A stretch of DNA of 32,992 nt from Chiloscyllium plagiosum (Eukaryota), in the NCBI RefSeq assembly GCF_004010195.1, contig NC_057751.1, positions 17,389,960-17,422,951 of the forward strand, written 5' to 3'. How positions within the stretch are numbered: the first letter of the stretch is position 1; each line of letters starts with the position of its first letter. This document shows positions 1 to 11,589 of this stretch, one piece after another. The notes under the pieces are model-generated. The model worked only from the letters and a program-made list of their open reading frames with translations. It was not told the origin of the DNA and ran no database searches. Position numbers and translations under genes: made by a program.

Positions 1-1479
1 GCGTGGATTCTAAGATTAATTGAAAAATGTTAAGATGAAAAATCGCTTTTAGTTAAAATCTGTTTTAGTTAATTTTCAAATTCCACCTTTTTCAAAATAG
101 ATGCGTCTGATTGCCAATAATATGAAAAAAATTGCATTTTGTGTGAACACGTCCCAAGCAGATTTTACAGGCAATGATTGGTGTTGTCCAGCTCCTTTTC
201 TCAGCAAGCACGACTTATGTCATCAAATGTACAACATTTCCAAATCACGGCTAATATATAACAATTACTGGTTTCTGTTAAGATGTCACAAATGTGGACT
301 GCCTTGGAAACTGCCAGTGTTAGATGGGAGTCACCAGCTTAAAATCATCAGTCGCGTTTATGAAGGTGCCAACAAATGCCTTTTGATCGATAATCTGGAT
401 AATTCCTCTCGAAGCTTGATATGGATATTTCGGTCGAGGAACTCACAAATGTGCACACTTTCTCAAGGATAAATGCAACATCGTTCGTGTGAATTAATGA
501 AATCACAAAACGCAGGCAGCAGCCTGTTGGGGCAACGTTGTCACTGGCTGCAAACGTGAACCTGATTTGACGGACCTTTCTTATTTAATGAGACAGCCTC
601 ATACAGAAGTACAAGCGGGCGATATGGCAGGTTTGGTTTCAAAATAAGGCTTACGTTTATGACGGTAAAATAATGAAGTTTAATCAGATAAACCAAGCAG
701 AAACATTTAGCACAATTTGACAGACTGCAAGAGACATCAGAGAAATTCAAGCCAATCTAATTTCACCACGTCACCGTGTTCAAATGGAGGGAATGCCATT
801 CCCGAAAACAACCACAGTTTCGACTTAAGTGTTGATTTATGCTCCCAGACTTGAGCGTTTTATAAATCATCCTTCGTTGAGGAATTGAGCTAATTTTAAA
901 AAGTTCTTCAAACATCTAATTCGGATTTCTCAACGAAAATATCTGGATTGGAATTTTCAGTGTAAAGCATTTTAAATAAATTATTTTCCAATGTTATGAG
1001 CTGTCTCTTTTCTTCGCGATTAACAGCATTATTAACATTTTGCTTCAACCAGGACATCTGCAATTACAATGCAAACACATTCAATTTAAGAATCTTTAAC
1101 CTAAGTGAATAAAGAAACACCCTGACTCTTCTCAATCGAAAACAAATTACTGTTTTTAGTACATACTCTGCCCGATTATAAAAAAAAATCACCATGCAAT
1201 GAAAGTCTCACGATCACTTCAATACTTTCACACTCTCACCCGAAGGTCGTAACATGAACTGTGACTCCAAAAAGAACAGTGAATTTACCACTAAGCTCCA
1301 TTAGATAACAAAGCAAATCTTCCATCTCGGTAGTTCGATTGCCATTCTCTCTGCTTTGTCCGTCCCTTTGACTGTCTCTTCCTTCTTGAAATGCTGTATT
1401 ATCTCTACTTTTTATTGAACTTAAAGAATTTATCCTCAAGTGAAAGTTATTAAGTAAGTTTTTATAAGAATTATTGCCA

Positions 1480-1800
1480 ATCAAGTTGACTCTACTCATT
1501 GGAATCTAGAAAAACGAGACGTGGTATGTGCAGGATTATTTAAGTCTTGACTGGGTAAATGTTAAGTAACCCCTTCCTTTATGGAAGAGTTTAGGACCAC
1601 AGCGTAAAGTCTCAGAATATAAGTGTGCCAATAGAAGAATGAATGAGAAGGAATTCTCTTTCTCAGAGGATTCCGAGATTTTGACGCTCCTTGCCACAGA
1701 CAACTGTGGGTATCGAGACCATGTGCGTGGTTAAAGCTGAGATACATTCTTGAGCATCAGACGAATCGATGTTATGCAAACACAGGAGGAAAGTGGAACA
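1480..1800 (+). mobile_element. Degenerate CR1 LINE 3' fragment (end of ORF2 and 3' UTR)
   Basis: gaatgagaaggaattctctttctcagagg ... ctccttgccacagacaactgtggg resembles the CR1 ORF2 C-terminus (MRRNFFSQRVV..WNSLP); no intact ORF. Confidence 0.65.
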
Positions 1801-1865
1801 GCATCATTAAATTGGGATGAATTTGATCAATTTGGTCAATTCATTTGGTGCAAAGGAACACAAAT

Positions 1866-3718
1866 GGTCATGAAGTGAGAAGACTGTTATAATTGATTAA
1901 GGAGAAATCGGTAGGTAAGAATTCAGAAACCACATATTTGGACAATGTCTCAAATTTAGTGAATGATTAAAAGAGCTGAGGAGTTGGCTAGAGACCATTT
2001 CAAAGTATCACAGCATTCAACGTAACAGGAAGCAGACAAGAAATAAAATAATCACAATTTTACTGCCATGAATAAGGTAAAAGTCTTACATCTTATGACA
2101 AGTGAACCTTCAAAAGCAGTGTTTAGTTATCAAATAGAAAGGAAATTGAATAAGTTAAAACAACTTGACAGGGACTCCAGAGAGAGACAATAAAAAACTC
2201 AGAGCATGTCATGTGACTATGGTGAAAGTTATTTTGACAGGGAAGGGAAGCAAGTGGACAAGGCATTTTTGATCGCCAAACAGAGAGAACTACCACGTTC
2301 AAACGGTTCTGAATTGGAGATTCCTCACATTAAATTGGACAATGAGGAGGTTGTGCAAAGTTGCGATAAGTTATTGAATATCCTCCAGACAAAAATCGAA
2401 ATGCCCTGAAAGACTTACCACTATCTCGTGGGGAGATAGTTGGAAATCAGCTGGTCAAACTTAATCTACTTATGTATGATGTAGATTTAGTAGATGCTAT
2501 TCTGACGAAGCAACATCCTTGTAGGCATAACCCTCTAAAGTTAGCACAGGTTCCAAAGGAGATTGAACACACACTTTGTGACGACAAAGTCAAAGTGAGT
2601 TATAGTGACGAGACCTCACCCAAAATAATGGTGCCAAAACAAGATATTATCCAACAGTTATGTTTGGATTATCACAAACTAATGCGTATCTGATTTTGTG
2701 GTTGGAAGACTGTGCTGAGAAGGTAGGCCAAGCAACTTACCTTTCTAAGATGGACTTGTTCAGAGGATACTAGCAAATGCCATTGTCAGAAATTGAAAAG
2801 ATAATTTCGGCTTTCATAACGCCGAATGGACCGTATCAGTTTAAAGTAATGCCACTTGACATGGAAAATTCGCCAGTTCCAATTCACAGATTAACCAATA
2901 AGACCATTACAGGTTTATGCAACTGTGTTGTATATATCGATGATGATTTTTAGTCACATGTGAAAAGAATATTTACAATAGACTTGTTCAAAAGATTTCA
3001 CAAGGCAGGCTTGGTGATCAACCTGGGTAAAAGTAAATTTACCAAAGACCAAGTCACCTTCCTGGGCCATGTTATTAGACACGGACAAATAGCAGCACGG
3101 GATGCAAACGTAAATGAAACTAGGGAGATTCCCATACCAACGACGAAAAGACAATAATGCTGCTCCTGGGATTGAGTGGATTGTATGAAAATTTGTCACA
3201 AATTTTAGCAGCGTGGCTGTTCCGCTCATTGAATTGCTAGGGAAAGACAAGAAGATTCACTGGACAGCTGACTGTCAGAAGGCATTTGACTGCATGAAAG
3301 CTGTGCTAAGAATTGTCCCAGTATTCGGCACACCAAATTATGCAACACTATTCCAGGTGGCGATTGATGCAAGTGATGTGTGTGTTCGTGCTGTGCTCTT
3401 GCAAGAAGACGACGATAAGATAGAAAGATCGGGCATTTCTACAGGAAGTTGAACATTTATCAGCAGAAATATTCGATTTTGGAGAAGGAGACTTTGAACT
3501 TGGCGTTGGCATTACAATACTTCAATGCTTATGTTACCAGAATGATCGGAGACAATCGTTCACGCTGATCAAACCCCAATAAAGTTTGTGGAGAAATTTA
3601 AGTATAGAAATGTCAACCTGCTTAGATGGAGTATGTTACAAGAACCATTTAATTTGAAGATTCTGCATGTGGCAGGACGAGAAAATATGATTGCCAATGC
3701 ATTGTCGAAACTCGAATG
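1866..3718 (+). mobile_element. Decayed Gypsy/Ty3 LTR retrotransposon pol in Gmr1-like order: integrase C-terminus, RT, RNase H
   Basis: Integrase C-terminal remnants GHEVRRLL*LIKEK and ARDHFKVSQ..EADKK..KVKVL..YQIERKL (1866-2160). RT motifs YQFKVMP, VVYIDD (about 2927-2944) and QVTFLGHVI. RNase H motifs IDASD..AVLLQE, EKETL and GRENMIANALSK*. Many stops and frameshifts. Confidence 0.9.
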
Positions 3719-3894
3719 AGAAAGTGAGTTCGATGGCAGCAGACACACAGACTGAAATGGAATGTAGTTGCGCATGTTTGCACGTGAATAGTCAGTGTAA
3801 TGTGTCTGGGTGTTATGGAAGTCTAAAATGTTTAGAATAGTTTAAGGCGTTTGAAATGAAGGTATTTTTGGTATGGATGGCTCGTTTTCATTTT

Positions 3895-4525
3895 GGGGGG
3901 GAGGAGTTGCTTCTTGAACACGGTTATGCAGCTGTTGACGTTTTTTTCCTTAAGTTATGTCGTAAATCATTTAGGCTCCAAAACGTCTGGGGTGTAGGCT
4001 CTTCGGGTCAATTTGATAATAACTCACAGATACTGCCTCAGGTGGAGGCTGTCAGTTTTAAAACACACTTATATAATGAAAGGGTGTGCCCCTTGTTGAA
4101 ACTCAGCTTTACTCTGGTTTGGTTTTCACTTTTTCAGCAGTAGTTTGAACAAAAATCTGCTGGATCCACAGAAGCAAGTCCAGGCAGGTAATCTCTCTCC
4201 GACTTCCACGCTATCACAATTTGTGCTTCATTGTACCTTTCTTGCCAATGGGTGTTTATGGGAATTTTGCCAGTATTTAGAACAACATCATTACATTGGA
4301 ATGAACTCTTCCATTTTTGGCAAGGTTAAATTATTCGGTATTCTGTTTTCTGTCCTTTGCATTTTGTTCCGTAATATTGTTAATAAAATCTGTTTTTGTT
4401 TAAAACTGAGTGTTTTCATCGCCTGAGTTTCTCCTGGAATGTCTACGTTACAGCTGCTTAAAACACAGTTAGAGTCTGAGATAATTTCTTGAAATGTTTT
4501 GAGGAGTCAGGCATTGTCCATAACA
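3895..4525 (+). mobile_element. Polypurine tract and 3' LTR of the Gypsy remnant
   Basis: G-rich purine run ending in GAGGAG (about 3895-3906) downstream of pol; AATAAA at about 4382; ends ...TCCATAACA at 4525; 3' part is homologous to 14845-14998 and 31194-31340. Confidence 0.75.
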
Positions 4526-4606
4526 CACCAATCCATGACTCCTTTGGAATGGCATCGTAGGCTGTAACTGCCAAACGGTAGACCCCTGTTTCTAAACCTA
4601 GACACA

Positions 4607-5620
4607 TAAATGATACGAGCTGCAACACGGTGGCGGCACGGTGGCACAGTGGTTAGCACTGCTGCCTCACAGCGCCAGAGACCCGGGTTCAATTCCCACC
4701 AGAGGTGACTGACTGTGTGGAGTTTGCACGTTCTCCCCGTGTCTGCGTGGGTTTCCTCCGGGTGCTCCGGTTTCCTCCCACAGCACAAAGATGTGCAGGT
4801 CAGGTGAATTGCCCCATAGTGTTAGGTAAGGGGTAAATGTAGGGGTATGGGTGGGTTGCGCTTCGGCGGGTCAGTGTGGACTTGTTGGGCCGAAGGGCCT
4901 GTTTCTACTCTGTAATCTAATCTAATCTAATCTAAATCGAGGCCATTGAGCCCTTCCACTCTGCTCCATCATCCATCATGTCCATGGCTAATTGTCGAAT
5001 TCACTCGTCTTACGCTGTTTTCTCCCAACAAAGTTTAATCCCATTGGCCTCATGTGATACAACTTTCCGCCTCATGAATACATTCAGTACTTTGTCATTA
5101 ATTACTTCCTGAGGTAATGAATTCTGCAGACTCACCATTATTTGGGTGAAGAAATGTCTCTTCATGTCCGTCCTTTATGGTCCACCTTGTATCCTCAGGC
5201 TGTGAACCCTGTTTCTAGACGCACCGACGGTCGGGAACAACTACCTTGTGTACTCCTGTAAACATATTTTTGTCTCGATGATGTCCCGCCTCACTCGTCC
5301 GATCTCCAGCGAAAACAACCGTAACCTAGTTAATCTCTCCTCCAACGTCAGTCCTGCCATCCCTGGAATCAGTCTGGGAAACGTTTGCTACACTCCTTGT
5401 AGACCAACAGCATCCTTCCTCAGAAAATGGGACAAAAACTGCACACAATATTCTAGGTTGACCTCATCAAGGCCCCGTAAAACTGCAACAATGCATCACT
5501 GCTGCTTAACGCGAAACGTCTCACAATGAAGGTCAACATATCCTTTGCCGCTTTTTACCACCTGCTGCACCTGCATGCTTACCTTCAGTGATCGTGTCCA
5601 GTGTTTCCCAAATCCTGCTG
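4607..5620 (-). mobile_element. CR1 LINE 3' fragment, split by the SINE at 4632-4935
   Basis: Minus strand reads LEYCVQFLSHFLRKDAVGLQGV*QTFPRLIPG (CR1 LEYCVQFW..RFTRLIPG); 3' UTR signature aggccattgagcccttc on the + strand. Confidence 0.8.
4632..4935 (+). mobile_element. Near full-length tRNA-derived V-SINE (HE1-like), inserted in a CR1 3' end
   Basis: A box TGGCACAGTGG (4642-4652); B box GGTTCAATTCC (4686-4696); V-domain GTGTGGAGTTTGCACGTTCTCCCCGTGTCTGCGTGGGTTTCCTCCGG; CR1-like tail GGGCCGAAGGGCCTGTTTC; (TCTAA)n end. Confidence 0.92.
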
Positions 5621-5644
5621 TACATAACCAATATACAACCATTC

Positions 5645-5870
5645 AAGATCAAGAATAGGCCATTTAAGCACTTTCCAGACTGCCCCACCAATCAATGCGA
5701 TCATGACTGATCATCTGCTTCAATGGCATGTTTTGGCTTTTTTCCCATACCAGCTGATATCTTGAATATTTAAAAGGAGAACAATCTCTTCCGTGAACAC
5801 ATTCAGCATCTTCTTGTTTTACCTACCAAAGTGAATAACCTCGCATTTATCCAAATTACATAGCATCTTC
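5645..5870 (-). mobile_element. Short degenerate CR1 fragments
   Basis: aataggccatttaagc..gatcatgactgatcat (3' UTR) and ctaccaaagtgaataacctcgcatttatc (reverse of DKCEVIHFGR). Confidence 0.6.
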
Positions 5871-6079
5871 TGTTTTTGCTGTCCTGTGCGCTGCTTGTTT
5901 TCACATGCTCATCAATGAGTCCAGCATTCAAATTGTTGCATGCACTTTTTTGTCACTGTTATTTCATGTCCTGGGATATTGCTCAGGAGGAAGACATCAT
6001 CAATCTCTTAGACTCTTTCCAAACTTACTGTGTCTGCCTGGGATAAAGGCACTCTACTCTCACATGGCTACTCAGAACG

Positions 6080-6670
6080 CAGTTGCAACACTGTGAACAA
6101 TTTCGTATCCCTGATGTAAGGAAAGTTATTCTGCTATTGGACTCAATGAAGCGAAGATTTAATGGACTGATACTGTGTATGAAGGAACTATGTCATGAGG
6201 CGAGTTTGAGTCAGTCATGCTTCTAACCATTGGAAACTATGAAGTTTGCTTTTAGGCCTCTCTATTTCAAAAAGGAAAGACTTGTCAGAGAGGGAATGCA
6301 GCTAAAGTTCATGAGGCTGGTGCCCAAGATACCAAGACTGTCTCAAGAGGACAGATTGCTTCATCTCGGGAAATTCAGATTCAGGAATTACTGTCTCAGG
6401 ATATGAGCGAGGCCTTTTCGAACTGAGATGCGCAGAAAATTCTCTACCCTGAAACATGCTTAAACTGTGGAATTCTCTCCATACCATAGAAGGCTTCTGT
6501 GGTCAAGACGCTGAATATGCTCATGGAAGAATTTTTTGAGCATGATATTAAAAGTATGAAGCAGCATGGACAGAAAGGCAGAATGCGGTGTTGAGGTAAA
6601 TAATCTGTCATGATCACATTGATTGGTTGGACAGGCTTGAAAGTATTGAATATCTTATTCCTGTTTCTAG
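6080..6670 (+). mobile_element. CR1 LINE 3' fragments
   Basis: gaagatttaatggactgat, aagttcatgaggctggtgcc, gagatgcgcagaaaattctct and ctgtggaattctctcc are typical of the CR1 ORF2 end and 3' UTR. Confidence 0.7.
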
Positions 6671-7191
6671 GTCATTTGGTTTTGACATTTTAATGGACTC
6701 TTGCGACTTTCATCCTGAACAGAATCAGTGATTGTATGGAAGAAGCTTATCAAAAACTGTTTTGAAGTATACGCCACTGCAAATTATAAACGTTAAATAT
6801 ATTCGCAGAAACTGCTTATTGTCATTCTGGAAATGAAAGTAAACTCGAGAATAGCTGACATCTTCTCAGTAAAATCATCACAGAATTACGTCCTTGCTCC
6901 TGTTGGACAAACAAGGCCTTCGTCCTTTTCATTCTGCTGCCTCCAGGCGGAATTACGCCTGAGCTCGCAAGAAACACAGATTTCCACGGAGGAAGTTTTC
7001 ATCTGATGTTTCTGATTCTTTATTTCTAGATGAAGCTGTCATATAAAAGACAAAACGAAAAAAAACCCCATTAAATATAAAAAGTTGAATTCGAGTAAAA
7101 CAAATACAAAAGACATGGGAGTTTTGTGGTTGTCATAAGGAGCAAGACGGACACACAGTGCCCTTGGTGATTTGGCTTCCCGTGTATATAA

Positions 7192-7405
7192 GAGAAAGTG
7201 ACGACTGCTGATGCTGTCGATCCGGGTCGAGGGTGTGGTCCTGGAAAAGCACAGCCGGTCAGGCAGCAACCGAGAAGCAGGAGAATCGAAGTTCCCGCAT
7301 AGGAACTCCATCAGGTTTCCTGATATAGGGCTTGTACCCGAAAGGTCGATTTCCGACTTCTCGAAAGATGTCTGACTGGCTGTGCTTTTCCAGTACCACA
7401 CTCTG
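7192..7405. mobile_element. Miniature inverted (palindromic) Penelope-like element end, Neptune-type family
   Basis: Arms 7229-7315 and 7319-7404 are imperfect reverse complements (ctggaaaagcacagcc / ggctgtgcttttccag) around the centre atcagg-ttt-cctgat; same sequence family as 20272-20400 and 15630-15730. Confidence 0.8.
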
Positions 7406-7754
7406 CCTTGTATGTAACAATTCCTAACTTTAATAAATTCTGACAAATTCCTGAGTGCTGAATAAAACAAGCCTAAATTGCAATTAAGTATCCGAGTCGG
7501 ATTCTGATCAACACTTCGGATCAACTTCGGATTTGCTGTTTTCATTAGAGAAAAGAAGGTTTAGGGGTGACTTGATTGAGGTGTACTTTGGATCAACTAT
7601 TCAGTGGTTTACCAGATTTGTCATTTCTTTGTATGTTCCCACCACACCAACTGAGTTTGGGAGAGTGATCGTGACACTGCTTAAGCATTTAATTACCTCA
7701 GGACATTGAATGATCCATTAAATTATACAATGATTAAATCAATTACCTTGAATA

Positions 7755-9117
7755 TATTATAATATAGACTTCCAAATAGTCAGAGGGAAATGGAGGAACA
7801 AACAGATGGGGAGCTCTCCGGGATATGCAGTAATAATAAGATTGTAATCGTAGTTGGCTTTATTTTTCCAAACATTGATTGGGACTACCATCACATGGAA
7901 CATTTTGATGTTAAACGATTTGTTAAATGCATGCAAAAAAAAAACGCTCTTTCTCAAAATGGAAGGTTTTGCAGCAGAGAAGGAGCAAATCTTGACCTTT
8001 TTGGCAATAAGACAGAACAACTGACGAAAGCAATAGGAGTAGAACACTATTGATCTCGTGATCTTATTTCTGTTTGTTTTAAAATTGTTATCGAAAACGA
8101 TAAGCCTTCCATTAAAAAATACAGATTTTAGTTGGAGAGAAGGAAATTTCAACGAAATGAAACAAGAAGTTTCTAAAATTATTAGCTGTAGACTGTTCGC
8201 AAATAAGAGGACGTCTGAAAAGTAAAGGTTTCAAATGTGTAATAATGAGAGTTCAGTGTCATTATGTTCCTGTTACAGTAAAGGGTAAGGCTGGTTGGTT
8301 TTCGAGAACCCTAAACGAATAAACACATTGGGGTTGTGATCAACAATTATAATATAATATATTACATATGCAAAACTGGATTCAAACGAAGTTCTTGAAC
8401 AGTATAAAGCATTGTGGGGCGTTCGTACAAGGGAGATCAGTACAGCAAAGACGGGAAACGAGGCACTCTTGGCAAATAAACAGAGAATTCAGAGATTCTA
8501 CGAGTACATTAATAGCAGACCAACAACTAGAGCCAACTAGCCACCAAAAGATCAAAGACGTCGTTTTGTTGTTGAACCGCAGGAAATAGGAGCGATAATA
8601 AATAAACAACTTGCACCGGCTCCAACTGTGGAGAAAGAAGTGGAGGCGAAAGAGCTCAAGGAGATAAATGTTGATAATTTGAAAACATTACAGAACAGGA
8701 AGTGTGGACTGTCTCAGAAAACATAAGATAGATAAATCTCCAAGACTTGATCTCGTATAACCCAAGAACTTGTGAGAGTTTAGGGAGGAAATTGCAGTGC
8801 CCCTTACAGAAATATTGGTGTCATCGATAATGAAGTGCAGGGTAACTTGGAGAGTGGAAAATGTTGTTTCAGAAGAAATGTAAGGAGACGTTGAGGAGCA
8901 ATAGACCTGTGAGTCTCAATGCAGTGATGGGTAAGTTAGAAATGAAAGTTGCATTACAGAATTCACATGCATTTGGACAAGCACTGGATGTTTAGGGATA
9001 GTCAGAATGGGTTTGCGTGACGAAAGTCGTATTACACATACTTGATTGAGATTTTTTGATGAACTAACCGAGGTGATTGATGAGGTCATAGCAATATAAA
9101 TTGTTCATTTTAACTGT
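7755..9117 (+). mobile_element. CR1 ORF2 relic (APE endonuclease end, tether, start of RT)
   Basis: IVIVVGFIFPNIDW, REGANLDL, DKSPRLD, RPVSL and LIE..F remnants; heavily frameshifted. Confidence 0.8.
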
Positions 9118-10140
9118 GTTGTGGTTCCGTTCGCCGAGCTGGGAATTTGTGTTGCAGACGTTTCGTCCCCTGTCTAGGTGACATCCTCAGTGCTTGGGAG
9201 CCACCCGTGAAGCGCTTCTGTGATGTTTATTCCGGCCTTTACAGTGTTTTTCATCTGCCGCTTCCGGTTGTCAGTTCCAGATGTCCGTTGTCATGGTCGG
9301 TATATTGGGTCCATGTCGATGTGCTTATTGATTGAATCTGTGGATGAGTGCCATGCCTCTAGGAACACCCTGGCTGTTCTCTGTTTGGCTTGTCCTATAA
9401 TAGTAGTGTTGTCCCAATCGAACTCATTTTGCTTGTCATCTGCGTGTGTGGCTACTAAGGATAGCTGGTCGTGTCGTTTCGTGGCTAGTTGGTGTACATA
9501 GATGCGGATCGTTAGCTGTCTTCCTGTTTGTCCTATGTAGTGTTTTGTGCAGTACTTGCATTGGAGTTTGTTCACTACATTGGTTTTGCTCATGCTGGGT
9601 ATTGGGTCCTTCGTTCTGGTGAGTTGTTGTCTGAGAGTGACTGTTGGTTTGTGTGCTGTTATGAGTCCAAGTGGTCGCTGTAGTTTGGCTGTCAGTTCAG
9701 AAATGCTCTTGATGTATGGTAGTGTGGCTAGTCCTTTGGGTTGTGGTATGTCCTCGTTCCGTTGTCTTTCCCTTAGGCATCTGTCGATGAAATTGTGGGG
9801 TATCCGTTTTTGGCGAATACATTGTATAGGTGTTCTTCTTCCTCTTTTTGCAGTTCTGGTGTACTGCAGTATATTGTGGCCCTTTTGAATAGTGTCTTGA
9901 AGCAATGTCCTTTGTGTATGTTGGGGTGGTTGCTTTCGTAGTTTCGGACTTGGTTTGTGTGTGTGGCTTTCCTATATACCTTTGTGGTGAATTCTCCGTT
10001 CGGTATTCTCTGTACCATCACGTCTAGGAATGGGAGTTGGTTGTCCTTTTCTTCCTCTCTAGTGAATCGTATTCCTGTGAGTGTGGCGTTGATGATCCGG
10101 TGTGTGTTCTCTATTTCTGTGTTTTTTTGTGTTTTTAAAC
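9118..10140 (-). mobile_element. 5'-truncated Penelope/Poseidon-type PLE (RT thumb, GIY-YIG endonuclease, 3' end)
   Basis: LPFLDV..FTTKVYRKATHT, FAKNGYP, TLPYIKSISE; GIY-YIG NVVNKLQCKYCTKHYIGQTGR..H..LEAWH; a few frameshifts. Confidence 0.92.
9154..9193 (-). ncRNA. Minimal type I hammerhead ribozyme motif with intact core (PLE-associated)
   Basis: Minus strand reads GCA-CUGAGGA-U-GUCACCU-AGAC-AGGGGAC-GAAA-CG-UC-UGC: CUGANGA and GAAA boxes, GUC cleavage triplet, stem I GCA/UGC, stem II with 6 of 7 pairs, palindromic ACGU in place of stem III. Confidence 0.72.
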
Positions 10141-10410
10141 ACTGTAGCTAAGAAAGCACGTGTGCTCACATTACTCAAAACTTTGAGAATAAGAGTTGAA
10201 ATGTCGTGTCGAGGATATACGAATGTTGATGAGACATCATCTGGAGTACTGTGTCCAGGAGTTACAGTTAAATACACGAAAAAGAAATATTTGGAAGGAT
10301 ATTGGCCAAACGCAGGCAGGTGGGACTCATTTCGCTCATTTTTGCCATTGCACGGTGGGTCCGACGGGTCCTTTTCCGTGTGGTATGACTGCGTGACTCT
10401 GAGACTCTAC
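10141..10410 (+). mobile_element. CR1 C-terminal and 3' UTR relic
   Basis: LMRHHLEYCVQ; gaaggatattggccaaacgcaggcaggtgggact; gggtccgacgggtccttttccgtgtggtatgact tail. Confidence 0.7.
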
Positions 10411-10889
10411 ATCAATTCTGAAGCTTGCGTTTTTACATACCAAAGCCTGCATATCCTTTCAAACCTATTTTCCCAAGTATTAATGCTGCAGTAGAAGCTA
10501 TCATTTTGCCAATATAGGAGTGAATGAACGAAAATAGCTTCAGACTCAAGTCGGCCCCTAACACCTCGCGAATGTAATTTCACACCCAATGTGAAGTGTT
10601 CCCTGCCCAATGCCCTGCTTCACCATTTGGTTTATATCACATTTCTGAGTCCACCATTCAAAACACATCACCTCACGTATCACTATATTTCACAAACAGG
10701 TGGCCAAGAGCTGTGAATTAACAATGTGTGAGGTGTGTTTTAATTTGCAAGACTGCATGAAAGAGTCTGATGGAGTGAGTCAGGCAATTTATGTTTGTTC
10801 ACTGTAGCCACCTGATGTGAGCACAACAATGTCAGTTACTTCCTAAACTGGAAAAGCCACGGATGTGTACGGAATTAATAGTCCATGTG

Positions 10890-11080
10890 CGTTCGAGCAG
10901 TAGAGATTCACCAGACTGATAGTTCGAAAAGAGGGGTTCAATGACGACAGGGTGAAGTGACACAAACCCAGTGTCATTCCCCTGGAATATAGGAAGATTT
11001 GTGGCCATTATAATTTTCGAGATAATAATGGAAACTGCTGTGTTAAATTGAGAGAAACACGTCTTGCTGCGTCTGGAAGG
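10890..11080 (+). mobile_element. Highly degenerate CR1 fragment
   Basis: agagattcaccagactgata (RFTRLI) and ccctggaatataggaagatt. Confidence 0.5.
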
Positions 11081-11589
11081 GGGAATTCATTAAAATTTTA
11101 ACAATCCCGTCTTTTCTGATTTAAATTCGTAGTTCTGTTCCTGTGCGATCCTACGTTACAAGAAAATCGTGGAGCAGCAGCACCTTTTAAATCAGTTGGA
11201 CTAGAATCGAGTTAGAGTCAATACAAGTGAGGGATTTTTGCGTTTTACAACTGATGGTCTATATTAATTAAAAGCAATATAGCTGAAGAAAAGAGCGTTA
11301 CAGCTGAACCGACTATCTGAAAAGCTTTGGAAATCCCCATGCCACTTTCAGCATGGATTTCACTATCGATTGAACCAACTCCAAACGATCCTAAACAAGG
11401 TCAGGTATAACATGTATGTCGTTTTACAATAAAATCCCACTGCATAATCTGTATCAAACATTTCTAAAACAGCTCGAATGCCGTGTTCAATACAGAATAA
11501 AGCTATATCTATTACTTAAGAAAACGAAAATATGTTTCTCTATACAATGTCCTCATAAAACGCTACAAGGGCTGGAATAATTAAGCGAT

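Noticed and set aside
101..1499. Short ORFs in the AT-rich start of the window
   Set aside because: No recognisable domains or convincing exon structure; the region may be regulatory but nothing can be supported
4632..4700. Possible tRNA gene
   Set aside because: The A and B boxes belong to the SINE head; there is no cloverleaf and SINE body follows
4507..4788. 93-aa ORF MCCGRKPEHPEETHADTGRTCKLH
   Set aside because: Antisense translation of the V-SINE core
7039..7545. 168-aa minus-strand ORF
   Set aside because: Runs through the PLE palindrome and low-complexity DNA; no protein features
9113..10145. ACTGT as a TSD of the PLE
   Set aside because: Only 5 bp long, and the host CR1 is not collinear across the site, so it is likely chance or deletion microhomology
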